Source: Nemertoderma westbladi
Lineage: Eukaryota > Animalia > Xenacoelomorpha
Assembly (NCBI GenBank): GCA_032718475.1
Contig: JAUCBJ010007482.1
Location: 1-64,000 of the forward strand
Length of the DNA: 64,000 nt
Direction: 5' to 3'
Notes under the pieces: model-generated
The model's database searches: none
The model's input: the letters and a program-made list of their open reading frames with translations, nothing else
Told to the model about the DNA's origin: nothing
In this document: positions 1 through 12,092 of the stretch, piece after piece
How positions within the stretch are numbered: position 1 is the first letter of the stretch
Layout: each line of letters starts with the position of its first letter
Translations under genes and position numbers: made by a program

Positions 1-720
1 AATAGCTACTTTCCAACGAACTATGGAGAAATTATTGAACGGTCTTTCAACTGAAGAAGATAAACAATTCCATGTATTTATTGATGATATATTAGTAAAA
101 TCAATTACTTTTACAGACCACCTGATTCATCTGAAACTTGTCTTACAACGGATTAAGAAAGTAAATCTGAAGTTGAAACAAAAGAAATGTATTAATAAGT
201 TTAGTCAGATAGAAATAAAATATCTGGGACATGTTATTTCACGAAATGAGATTAGTCCTGATCCAGCAATAATATCGAAAAAGTTATAAATTACCCTGAA
301 CCTCGAAATATAAAAGAAGTGTGAATCTTTCTTGGATTAACGTATTATTACCGGCGTTTCGTTGAAGGTTACGGAAAAAATCGCAAAACCTTTATATAAT
401 TTACTCCAAAAAATTACGCCTTTTGTTTGGACAAATTAAACACGGTTAGGATTTTGGGAACTAAAGAATCGACTTATCACTACACCGGTTTTACAATACC
501 CGGACTTCAACAAGGAATTTGTACTTGAAACTGATGCAATTGGCAATGGTTTTGCCGCCATACTTTCACAGATTAGCACCATTGACAACAAATTACACCT
601 CATTATTGCTTATGCATCAAAACATACAGTATAAACAATGATCAACAGCAATATGATGCACCACACCTGGAGTTGTGGGCTCTAAACTGGGCTTGTCAAC
701 ATTTCCAGCATTACTTGTAT
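1..720 (+). pseudogene. pol: Degenerate Ty3/Gypsy pol fragment (RT C-terminal part + RNase H), copy 1
   Basis: ORF 23-289 has the RT motif FIDDILV and YLGHVIS. Downstream frames give [11 protein letters not shown] and FVLETDA (RNase H), broken by stops and frameshifts. Near-identical to 6237-6935. Confidence 0.9.
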
Positions 721-1186
721 GGTCATTTGGCAACAATATTACATTTTTTATAATATATTGGTTCTACAGAGTGATGCTGGGTTTTAGCACTATTAATTTG
801 ACATTTTTTTATTGCGAAATTAGATTCACTGAAAAATTCCATGAATAAACTTTGCGAGACATTCCTCAACTATTCTTTGACAACAAACTGTCTATCTATC
901 TATTTGGAGTAAAAAAATGTGAAAATTAAAATGTAAGCCTTAAAACTGAGTACGTACTGTTATACAGTATTTATTCAAAAATATGAAATTTCTTCAGTAA
1001 ATGTGAGACTGTTGTAATCAGCTATTTTTTTTAGTAAAAAATAATAATCTTACAGTATATATGTTTAAAACCAAACATCACCCTATAGAAACAATATTAA
1101 CTTATATACTATTTACTTAAAATTATTCACAAACTCATTAACTGAAAACAGTATCTAGCATATAGGCAACATTAAATTTAACATTC

Positions 1187-1336
1187 ATACCACCTGTATC
1201 AACCACCCTCCGTGAACGCAGATTAAGATTCAGCGGGCACTGCTGGCAAAGTAAAGACGAGGTCAAACCAGATCTACTTCTCTAGCAACCAACTCTTGGA
1301 AAGCGTAGTCGTGGATGACCGGCCATAACATATATA
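1187..1336 (+). mobile_element. 3' fragment of RTE-clade LINE, left half (split by the insertion at 1337-5342)
   Basis: Matches 25459-25608 of the RTE copy in this window (ataccacctgtatcaaccaccctccgtgaacgcag...ccataacatatata). Confidence 0.9.
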
Positions 1337-1698
1337 GGCTCATTCCTTGAAAAGGTCAACCTCCCCACTAATTTCTAAAAATGAGATGTAGCTTTGAATT
1401 TATACTTATTTTAGGTCAAAATTTATCGTACTTCATGAATTCAGTGCTAAAAATTGTATCAACACAGGTGGTTTATCAAACATAGTCGAATTACAAATTA
1501 TGCACCTGCTCTGCACAAAATGTGAATAAAAGTGTGCAAAAGTTTCGTTTCCTGTAGGCACTTCCTATGACCAATAAATTAACATTTCTGAGCATGTACC
1601 AAATCAAAAACAAACCTATTTTCGAATTTTTTTGGTTTCATTTAATTTCACCAGTGTTTCATTCCTCTGTAATGAAATCGATAATGTTAATCTTGTGA

Positions 1699-2415
1699 TG
1701 TCCCATACTTTACCTAAAATAGTGAAATTTTTAGTTTATTCACAGAGATGTAACTCAGCCTAATCACCCAGTGGAAGGCAAAGCACGTTTGTGTTGCGTC
1801 ATCGTATAAAACAATTAGTTTCATCTTCACTCCCTCAGAAATATCATGGCGGCCAATTGAAAATTGTTCCATACTTTACCATTAAAATGGCGATTATATT
1901 AGTGCACTGTATTAATGTAATATATGAAGCCATGAGTGATATAATACTCTAAGGTCATAGTCGGCCGTAAGAATAGGAGTCTATATTTGAACTGAAAATC
2001 ATTCCTCAGTCAAGAAATCTTTGGGTTTATGCATGTAAAGTCCCATACTTTACCAAAAAATAGTGAAATTTTTAATTTATACACATAGAAGTAGTCTAAC
2101 TCAGCCCAATCACCCAGTGGAATGCAAAGCACGTTTGTGTTGCGTCATCTTAAGAAACAATTACCCCGTAGTTTCATAATCTACTCCCTCAGAAACATCA
2201 TGACGGCCAATTGAAAATTGTCCCATACTATACCATTATAATGGCGATTACATTTTAGTGCACTGTATTAATGTAATATATGAAACCTGGAGGGCAGGAG
2301 TGTTATAATGCTTTAGGGTGATAGTAGGGGGAAGCATAGAAGTATGTATTTGAACTAAGAATCATTCCTCAGTTAACTAATCTTTGAGTTTATGCATGTA
2401 AAGTCCCGTACTTTA
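1699..2415 (+). repeat. Diverged ~340-360 bp tandem duplication inside the 1337-5342 element
   Basis: 1699-2040 aligns with 2040-2402 (shared caatcacccagtggaa.gcaaagcacgtttgtgttgcgtcatc, gtgcactgtattaatgtaatatatgaa). Confidence 0.85.
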
Positions 2416-2764
2416 CAACAAATTTCAAAAAATTTAGTTTTTTAGCAGATAAGAAGATCGGTAAGTACAGTAATTGATACATTTTCAGAAAAATGGAAAG
2501 AATTTCTAAACTTTTTACAGACTACATGTGTACCAAGTTTGGTTATATTTCATCAATGATTGGCGGACTTATTTCGGTTTTATCAAAATTTTGAAACTAT
2601 CGGTACCAACAGACAGACTGTCTGATATGTGACCTTTGATTCCTTAAACTTCAGATTCTTTCCAAACTTTTGACAGACTTCATATGTACCAGGTTTGGTT
2701 TAATTTCATCTAAAAATGACCGAGTTATACAGTATTAGCGATCAAAAATTTGACAGATGACATA

Positions 2765-4753
2765 CAGTCCCGCTCTCAAAAAGCATTCCTTTTATCAAAC
2801 ATTGATCAAACTTTGATCAAACATTGATCAAAGTTTGATCAAAATGTTTCCATAGAATATCATTGAAAGTAGCATTGACATTATGACATTGAAATGACAT
2901 TGATGGTATATTGAAATGACCTTGAAATCGACGCACCGAAATTCCAGACTTTCTGTCTCATATTGAAATGACATTGAAATGATTTCAAGGTAACAGTTTA
3001 CATCTCTCAACTGCGGCAAGCCTTTGAACTCAGATTCCCGCCGAGAACTGGCTTTTGTTAATGGCCAAGTCGCTATGTGATTGACAGGGCAGTGGATGGA
3101 GCTTGCTTGACTTTATGGATGGACAGCGATTGGTTTTACATGGCATGTGGTAGTGTCACAGACTGAGTCTTGTTCTTGTAGGGCAGGGCCTATTATTACA
3201 CTAACAACTAGTTTCCTTAAATCAGAATCAAGGCCAAAGACCTCCATTGACGTAGCAGCGCGATGGCTGCCGTTGCATTGCATTTGCTTATACAGTAATT
3301 GTGTAAATTCGACGAGCTTCCTTCCTGCCCCTGTCTCTAATTATACTAATAAATGTAAATAAAGAAATAAATAAATCCAAGCCCTAGCGCCAGGTGCACC
3401 CCCTAACATACCTTCTAAAAATTTGCGTAATTTAATTTTAATACTCTGATAAGGTAATTTTATTGAAAATCTAATTTGTTTTAAAGTAAACTATGTTATG
3501 TACATCATTAGTTACGTATTTTTTAATTCAGATTAACGTATTGTAATTATAATTTTTTAAATATTAAAAATCAAATTAGGTTAGTAATACTAATAATTAT
3601 GCTCATTCATTTTTAATTAATGGAGGGTTTTAACCATCCGGCCGACAAACCACACTTTTGCTCACAGCTCGTTGTAAGACAAAGGCATCAATATAACCCC
3701 AGTGATCCCATACCCTCTCTTGTTGTGGACTATTACTATATCATTGTACAAGCTGCGGACCTGCACAGCACACCCCCCCCCCCCCCCCCCCATTATAATG
3801 TATTGTAGCCATTAGTATTGTTAGTATCATTAGTACATTACTACCTGCATAGTTCCTTTGCGACTAGGCCAGCTCAGTGCCAGGAGGCCAATCTCTTTGG
3901 TTGGCGGCCTCCTGTGGTGTGTGGGTTAGTTAGCTGTCTAATTTCTTGGGAAGACTTTAGTAAATTTCGAAATTTCGGGGAATTCCATTCCACAGCAGAT
4001 AATTGGTTTTACATGCTGGGGCGGCATAAGCTAAGAGCCATTACACATACACATGCTATGCCTTTACTTTGTTAGTGGTCTGTCGCTGTCGGCACCCCAA
4101 GCTAATAATATACAGCAAATAGCACTGAGACCATGACTGACTCCTGTACTCCCTATGACATAATTTGTTGTGACTCGAATCAATTATTTCTCCTTACAAG
4201 AAAGCAACGTATTTCCCACTTGTGGCCAGCCAGAAGGCCACAATGTCAACGGATATAATAATACCAAGGGATATTCTCATATTACCCCCCCCCCCCTAAC
4301 TTAATCTAAACTAAATTAAACTCCACACAGCCCATACCCGCCCTTGCTTTCATTACCACCACACCGCCAAGTGGAGATTCAATTGCGGCTGTTATTTTCT
4401 GATAATCACTGTAAATTATTATAACCCAGGCTTAGCCTGGTTTAAATAACGGCTATAGCGTACAAACCTATGGTATGATATGGACGTGGTGTCCTGTGTG
4501 CTCTGCAGACATCCTACAGAGCACATGGAGCATTACACACACAGAGAACAGATAGAGAGAGAGAGAGTGAAGGCTGCTTGATTGACACACGGCTCAGTGG
4601 GAATCTAGACTTTGAAGTGCAGCGCCTTTGGTAGAACTCAATGGCAGGATTTATAAGCCTGATACATTTCAATATTTGATCAAACTTTGATCAATGTTTG
4701 ATCAAAGTTTGATCAATGTTTGATCAAAGGAATGCTTTTTGAGAGCGGGACTG
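2765..4753. mobile_element. Non-autonomous Tc1/mariner-like element nested in 1337-5342
   Basis: TIR CAGTCCCGCTCTCAAAAAGCATTCCTTT followed by arrays of TTGATCAAA. TA on both flanks (2763-2764, 4754-4755). No transposase ORF. Confidence 0.85.
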
Positions 4754-5342
4754 TACAACTCCTCAAGGGCACATTATGCTAAGACTTCGGGTCAATTTGT
4801 GGGCCGCCCCACATTTTGTATCCATATCTTGGTTGGAAATACTTAGTTGCACTTTATTATCACTAATTATCCAGAAATTACTGTTATGTTAAGTGTAAGA
4901 GACCATTTTGACCATAAAATTCGTACAGGTCCCGTACTTTACTTAGCAATGTCCCATACTTTACCACACAAACCACACTGTAAAAAATTAGCAATGCAGC
5001 AATTCGTCTTATATTTATATTTTTATTTAAGCTTAATAATACAGCTTTATCCTAAACATCAACTCAACACTGTACCTGCGCACAATTCGCTAAATTTTAG
5101 AATTGAAATCATAAAATAAAAAAAACCCTTTCGTACGAATCCGTACTTTACCTTAATTGGACAAGCTGGTGTTTTCTCAAAAGTGACTAAGTCCCGCCAT
5201 AATCTTAGCGAAATCAAAGCTGATATTCGAAAGTTCAATCCAAGCACAATTTTGTGCACATGTGTGCTGTGGATAACATTGTACAGGCAATCAAAGTTCA
5301 AAATTGTGTACGAATGTCCCGTACTTTACTTTGGAATGAGCC

Positions 5343-5448
5343 TATAGATCAACTTGAAAGGGATACTGAACTTGGGAGAAACGAAATTGTGACAAATATG
5401 GAGAATTGGGAAGCCTGGAAGGATCTCATTTCCACTGTAGTAGTAGTA
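5343..5448 (+). mobile_element. 3' end of RTE LINE fragment, right half, with (TAG)n tail
   Basis: Continues 1187-1336 and matches 25605-25700 (DQLERDTELGRNEI..WKDLIST). Ends in gtagtagtagtagta. Confidence 0.9.
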
Positions 5449-5449
5449 T

Positions 5450-6935
5450 CACAGATTCGGTACACGAAGCTGAAACTGATGGTTATAGCATGCACGGTGT
5501 ACTAAATTTAGATTCATTACATAAGTCAATACCAGAGGGATTGATAATAGGCCAATGTACAAAAATTGAGAACATTGGATCTATCTTTGAATGATAACAA
5601 AAATGAATAGGAAACAATAATTGAGATAGGAGAAAGTAATGTTTCATTGGTTACTGATGTCAATGAGAGACATAATATTATACAGGAGCAAGTTGATCTA
5701 TCAGATACAGACCTAACCATAGAAGAGAAAGAAAAATTGCTTAATGTACAGCAATTTACTGTATTAAAATAATGCAATGAAGTGCTTCAACTATCAGATG
5801 ATGAGCTTGGTAGAACGGAATTAGCAGAACATTCAATCGATACTGGTACTAATATTGCAATTAAGAGAACACCTCACACTCTTTAAAACAGTAATTGCCA
5901 ATGAAATTGACAAAACGGTGAAATTCAGTATTATACAACCATCACAAAGTCCCTTGTCTTCTCCTGTACTATTAGCTAAGAAGTCAGATGGCACTCCACA
6001 CTTTTGTGTCGATTACAGGAAGCTGAACAGTATCACTGTTAAGGATAACTACCCACTACCACATATTGATGATATATTAGACGATTTACAGCCCTCGAAA
6101 TATATCTCAACACTTGATTTGGCTACCGGCTATTGACAGATCCCAATGTTATATAGAGACATTTCTAAACCAACATTTAATTGTTGCTCTGGATTTTATG
6201 AATTCATAGTACTTGTCTTCGGATTATGTAACGCACCAGCTACTTTCCAACGAACTATGGAGAAATTATTGAACAGCATTTCAACTGAAGAAGATAAACA
6301 ATTCCATGTATTTATTGATGATATATTAGTAAAATCAATTACATTTACAGAGCGACTGAAACTTGTCTTACAACGGATTAAGAAAGTAAATCTGAAGTTG
6401 AAACAAAAGAAATGTAAGTTTAGTCAGATAGAAATAAAATATCTGGAACATGTTATTTCACAAAATGGGATTAGTCCTGTTCCAGCAATAATATCGAAAA
6501 AGTTCTAAATTACCCTGAACCTCGAAATATAAAAGAAGAGTGAATGTTTCTTGGATTAACGTATTATTACAGGCGTTTCGTTGAAGGTTACGGAAAAATC
6601 GCAAAACCTTTATATAATTTAATCCAAAAAATTACGCTTTTTGTTTGGACAAATTAAACACGGTTAGGATTTTGGGAACTAAATAATCGACTTATCACTA
6701 CATCGGTTTTACAATACCTGCACTTCAACAAAGAATTTGTACTTGAAACTGATGCAAGTGGCAATGGTTTTACCGCCATACTTTCACAGATTAGCACCAT
6801 TGACAACAAATTACATCTCATTATTGCTTATGCATCAAAACATATAAACAATGATCAACAGCAATATGATGTACCACACTTGGAGTTGTGGGCTCTAAAC
6901 TGGACTTGTCAACATTTCCACCATTACTTGTATGG
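5450..6935 (+). pseudogene. pol: Degenerate Ty3/Gypsy pol (RT + RNase H), copy 2
   Basis: SPLSSPVLLAKKSDGTPHFCVDYRKLNSITVKDNYPLPHIDD, LDLATGY, FGLCNAPATFQR, FIDDIL and RNase H ETDAS. Multiple stops and frameshifts. Confidence 0.92.
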
Positions 6936-7724
6936 TCGTTTGGTAACAATATTAAATTTTTTATAATATATTGTTTCTACAGAGTGATGCTGGGTTTTAG
7001 CACTATTAATTTGACATTTTTTATTGCGATATTAGATTCACTAAAAAATTCCATGAATAAACTTTGCGAGACATTCCTCAACTATTATTTGACAACAAAC
7101 TGTCTATCTATCTATTTGGAGTAAAAATGTGAAAATTAACATGTATTATGATCAAGTGAGATATTGTTATGATTATAAAAGCTAGTATGTTTGTTTAGTT
7201 AATAAAATAATAATAAGGTTATGAAGTCATATTATAAGATTATAAGGTTATCATTCCATAATCGATACGCAAATAGTATGTTACAACTGGAAATACAAGT
7301 GTTAATGAATTTTTTTTGGCTTATGAAATTTCTTCAGTAAATGCGAGACTGCTGTAATCATCTAATTTTTAGTAAAGAATAATAAACTTACAGTATATAT
7401 GTTGAAAACCAAACATCACGCTACAGAAAAAATATTAACTTAAAATTTTTCACAAACTCATTAACTGAAAACAGTATCTAGCATATATCCAACGTTTAAT
7501 TTTACATTTTTTTTTTTTTTTTTTTAGTCAAAGGTAGATTCACTGACATTGTTCTAGAACTTAATATAAATCTGAGCTAGACATTGAAGCACTATCTTAA
7601 GGTAGGTGTGACAATGTGTGAAATATATTTCATGTATTATGATCAAGTGAGATATTGTTGTGATTATAAAAGCTAGTATGTTTGTTTAGTTAATAAAATA
7701 ATAATAAGGTTATGAAATTTTATT

Positions 7725-7937
7725 TCTATCTGACTAAACTTACATTTCTTTTGTTTCAACTTCAGATTTACTTTCTTAATCCGTTGTAAGACAAGTTTCA
7801 GATGAATCAGGTGCTCTGTAAATGTAATTGATTTTACTAATATACAGTATCATCAATAAATACATGGAATTGTTTATCTTCTTCAGTTGAAATGCCGTTC
7901 AATAATTTCTCCATAGTTTGTTGGAAAGTAGCTATTT
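7725..7937 (-). pseudogene. Inverted fragment of the same Gypsy RT
   Basis: Reverse complement of window positions ~1-215, ending in agtagctatt (reverse complement of 1-10). Confidence 0.85.
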
Positions 7938-8489
7938 CCACCTTTACTTGTATGGTCGTTTGGCAACAATATTAAATTTTTTATAATATATTGTTTCTAC
8001 AGAGTGATGCTGGGTTTTAGCACTACTAATTTGATATTTTTTTTGCGAAATTAGATTCACTGAAAAATTCCATGAATAAACTTTGCGAGACATTCCTCAA
8101 CTATTCTTTGACAACAAACTGTCTATCTACAGTATTTATTTTGAGTAAAAAATGTGAAAATTAAAATGTAAGCTTTAAAACTGAGTAAGTACTGTTATAT
8201 TTATTTAAAAATATGAAATTTCGTCAGTAAATGTGAGACTGTTGTAATCAGCTATTTTTTTAGTAAAAAATAATAATCTTACAGTATATATGTTTAAAAC
8301 CAAACATCACCCTATAGAAACAATATTAACTTATATACTATTTACTTAAAATTCTTCACAAACTTATTAACTGAAAACAGGTTTTCAACATATATACTGT
8401 AAGTTTATTATTTTTTACTAAAAAAAATAGATGATTACAGTAGTTTCGCATTTACTGAAGAAATTTCATAAGCCAAAAAAAATTCATTC

Positions 8490-10290
8490 TTCTTGAAAAG
8501 CCATTCATCTTGCCCTCCAATCAATCCCAAGGAGAGAAGCATAGCTGTTCGAAACTGGGTGGCTAAGAACATGTAGGAAAGATTTTAGAATTACACAACC
8601 AGTATACACTTCTCAATCTGCTTCCCAAAAGAAGGGAACGGAACATCATAACACTTGAAAGGCTAGCAAGATTAACCAACGCAATCATCGTCGCACCAAT
8701 TCATTAGATAACCTTCCCTACACAAAGCCTGTTGCTATTGAAATCGGCTGTGACAGTGAAGCACATAATAATACAGTATTAGGCTCAGGCAGCAGTTTAT
8801 TTATCAAGAACCAAATCCGAGGAATCCAACTATGAATTCCCCGAAGACACGACCAAAGGAAACATCAACAGAGGCACTGAATATGACTCTGACAAAACTC
8901 AGCAAAGCTATGACATCATATTAATTCATTGAAACAGCCAGGGTGGAGAGCATCATGCAAAATCCAAAAGAAATTTTGTCGCACCAATTCATTAGATAAC
9001 CTTCCCTGCACAAAGCCTGTTGCTATTGAAATCGGCTGTGACAGTGAAGCACATAATAATATTAGGCTCAGGCAGCAGTTTATTTATCAAGAACCAAATC
9101 CGAGGAATCCCACTATGAATTCCCCGAAAACACAACCAAAGGAAACATCAACAGAGGCAATGAATATGACTCTGACAAAACTCAGCAAAGCTATGACATC
9201 ATATGAATTCATTGAAACAGCCAGGGCGGAGAGCATCATGCAAAATCCAAAAGAAATTTTTGCTAGGTCCCTAGTGCCACTTGGCTTAGAAAAAGTCCAC
9301 AACTTCTACAACTGACATATCTTCACCATCAGAGACTGATGAGTATATAACAGTAGATAATATATCAGACAATTCAAATGAAACTGAAATGGATCCTACT
9401 TATTCATACAGCATAAAGGAAAAGAAAGGTGAATCCCTACAAGGAAGTCAGGTACCAACAAACATAAGAAAAGACTCTGTAATAATCACAAACCCATCAG
9501 TGAAATGTCCCTCTACTCTAGAACAAGTCCTCAAAAACAATGAGACCTGGCAAGAACCAAAAAGATCTGCCAAACCAACCTTCAAATCAAAGATCCAGAT
9601 GCAGCACAACATTAAGACTGAAAACAAATATAGTGAACTAGATAATGATACCAAAATTACCATACTTCCACAACAACTGACTGATTTCTTGGTGAATCTA
9701 AATAATGTTTCCAAAGAAACTGTCAATCTAAGAAAATCACAAGGTAGTAGCAAGAATGAACACAACAACTTTAAGCAACATCAAACGAGATACGAACAAG
9801 AAACCCAACGAAGCACCCCTTCCAACAAACGGAAGCAGTAGAAGCAGCACAGATATGAAGCGGAATAATAAAGGGTTTGATCTACACTACAAAACCTCTA
9901 GGGATTCATACTGGCACAATAACAATCAAGCCAACTATAATGGTAATCAATATAAATCTATCCTGCAAGATAATAATAGGCATACGGAGTATGTGAGGAA
10001 CTCTTGGAGACATGTCCCAGAATCATCTCGACACCAAAGTCAAACATACCAGCAGTATCAGAAGAACAGAGTGAGTAGACATGATTATCCACATCAACAC
10101 TTCCCAAACCCTCATCTAAGAGACCAATCTGAACATACCTCGTACCCCAGTAATGACCAATGTGACATAACCTATGATAACAGGTATTACAACCGATCCA
10201 ACAGAAGTCATATGGCTAGGAATCGTTTTTAAGCTGGCTCCGAGTATCACAACTGGAGACCTAAATTTCAAAAATGCTGGAAATACGAGT
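8490..10290 (+). pseudogene. Decayed A-rich coding-like region, possibly a retroelement ORF1-type remnant
   Basis: Consecutive plus-strand ORF pieces 8929-9315, 9389-9841 and 9756-10232 with strong A bias and an N/Q/H/R-rich C-terminus. No recognisable domain. Confidence 0.3.
8690..9260 (+). repeat. ~288-bp tandem duplication
   Basis: gtcgcaccaattcattagataaccttccc... at ~8690 and ~8978, near-identical. Confidence 0.9.
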
Positions 10291-11019
10291 AATATTTTGC
10301 AGAGAAGTGAAATCAGTCTTACTCAGTTTTTAAGACTTGCATTTTAATTTTCACATTTTTTACTCAAAATAGATAGATAGACAATTTGTTGTCAAAGAAT
10401 AGTTAAGGAATGTCTCGCAAAGTTTATTCATGGGATTTTTCAGTGAATCTAATTTCGCAATAAAAAAATTTCAAATTAATAGTGCTAAAACCCAGCATCA
10501 CTCTGTAGAACAAATATATTATAAAAAATGTAATATACTATATTAACACTGACACATTGACTTACCTATACATAGTTGCAACACTACAGTGTATACATGA
10601 GACATTGTTTCATAATGTTACATATCGAATAACACTATTACTGCTATATCTAGCACATACTCACAACAATCAATACCCTACATCTAAACATTAATTATCA
10701 TTCCATCTTATATTCAAACGTAATTAACCTGTCAATATTGTACTGATAATGTATGTAGAACAAGTAAATTATTATTATTAGTTAGATGTATTTCGTATTA
10801 ATTAATATGCATTTTATGCTATCGAAATCATTAGAATAATTGGATCTCGTTGGTAACATATGCTATAGTATAGAATTCAATGAACAATAATTTATAATTG
10901 ATACTACCACAAGCTATTTGTAAACATCTGCGACCAGTTATGATGAATAAATCGATATTGAATAATTATTACTTGGCATTCAACAGCTATAACTCGGATA
11001 TTTATCGCCTTTTTCTCTC

Positions 11020-11095
11020 GAGGTTGGGTGGAAGAGTGGGTGACGAGTTGTGAGGAGTTATAACAGTCCCGAGTTCGAACCCGGTTGAATATTTT
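11020..11095 (+). promoter_or_regulatory. tRNA-derived Pol III-like A box/B box unit
   Basis: A-box-like TGGAAGAGTGG (11029-11039), B-box-like GAGTTCGAACCC (11071-11082), TTTT at 11092-11095. No complete cloverleaf. Confidence 0.45.
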
Positions 11096-11134
11096 GTTAT
11101 CTGAAAAATTGCGAAATTAAATTTAGTTACTGGT

Positions 11135-11385
11135 GAAAAATAGTAGAAGTTACCTGTAGACACCTCTAGCGTCTGTAAAATAAAGGTTGGTAAATATGAA
11201 AATACTGGTTGCTGAAAAATAGCGATTTGAAAAATAGTAGACGTTACCTGTAGACACTCGTAGCACCTGTAAAATAAAGGTTGGTAAATATGAAAATACT
11301 GGTTGCTGAAAAATTGCGATTTGAAAAATAGTAGAAGTTACCTGATGCTAAGTGTAGACACTCGAACACCTGTAAAATAAAGGCT
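11135..11385 (+). repeat. ~94-bp tandem repeat, ~2.7 copies
   Basis: aaatagtaga.gttacctg...ctgtaaaataaagg at ~11138, 11232 and 11326. Confidence 0.85.
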
Positions 11386-11619
11386 TATGATTGGATGCAG
11401 TACTAGAGTTGGGGGACTAATAACGCCTCTAGCGGAATAAGCGGGAACTTGAGAAGTTACCATGGTTACGGATGAAATGCTGACATCTGATTGGTTGAAA
11501 TAATAACGACCACCGCAAAAGGTTGAAATGGTGGCTTCTGATTGGCTGCAGTACTAGAAATGGATGGTAATGATGGGCTACGGGTGACCATGTGCCCGTG
11601 TCATAGCATTGTATACTAC

Positions 11620-12066
11620 TTAGATAACAGTTATACGTCTCTATGACCAAAGCCTACTAATGTTTGGCTAAAGCCTGAAACACAGAGATTCCAAAGCCGG
11701 TCTTCTGGCTGTGGACAAAATACCCATACTGACTGAATTGCATGAGTTTCTGTATACAATCTCCAACACAGAGTGAAAACCGCTCTGATTGGTCGACCAA
11801 ACAAAGAACGAACAAAGAACAAAGAAAAAGTTACACGTGGACACAGCTGATAGATGTCGTCATCGGAGTTCCGATGTTTAGAGTATTTGGCTTATTGCGA
11901 CATAAAAGCGCTAGTTATGTCCGCTAAAGTACACATACAGAAGAAATGGCTTTTTATGTCCACTAAAACACTGGTACAGTAAGGAAACGGCTTTTTATGT
12001 CCGTTAAAACAACTACAGAGTACTTTGCGGGGAAAATAACCAGCTAATTCCGCAAAAGCCTTTACA
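11620..12066 (-). repeat. 3' LTR of BEL copy 1 (last ~12 bp apparently missing)
   Basis: Direct repeat of 22816-23262. Begins TGTAAAGG on the minus strand after the PPT. Confidence 0.92.
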
Positions 12067-12092
12067 CCGCTCCCAGAAAATGGGATTTAATT

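Larger units (their letters stand above)
1337..5342. mobile_element. Non-autonomous TIR DNA transposon, ~4 kb, superfamily unassigned
   Basis: 10-bp TIR GGCTCATTCC...GGAATGAGCC. 4-bp TATA duplication (1333-1336 / 5343-5346), deduced from the uninterrupted RTE sequence near 25600. Motif gtccc(a/g)tactttac recurs near both ends (about 1700, 1868, 2040, 2220, 2403, 4929, 4951, 5140, 5316). Confidence 0.85.

Noticed and set aside
3773-3790. Poly-C/poly-G runs (also ~4285, 27565, 33036, 36815, 38680)
   Set aside because: Common homopolymers inside repeats; length is unreliable and there is no further structure.
9337-9380. CTGATGA as a possible hammerhead core
   Set aside because: No stem II followed by GAAA and no closing stems.
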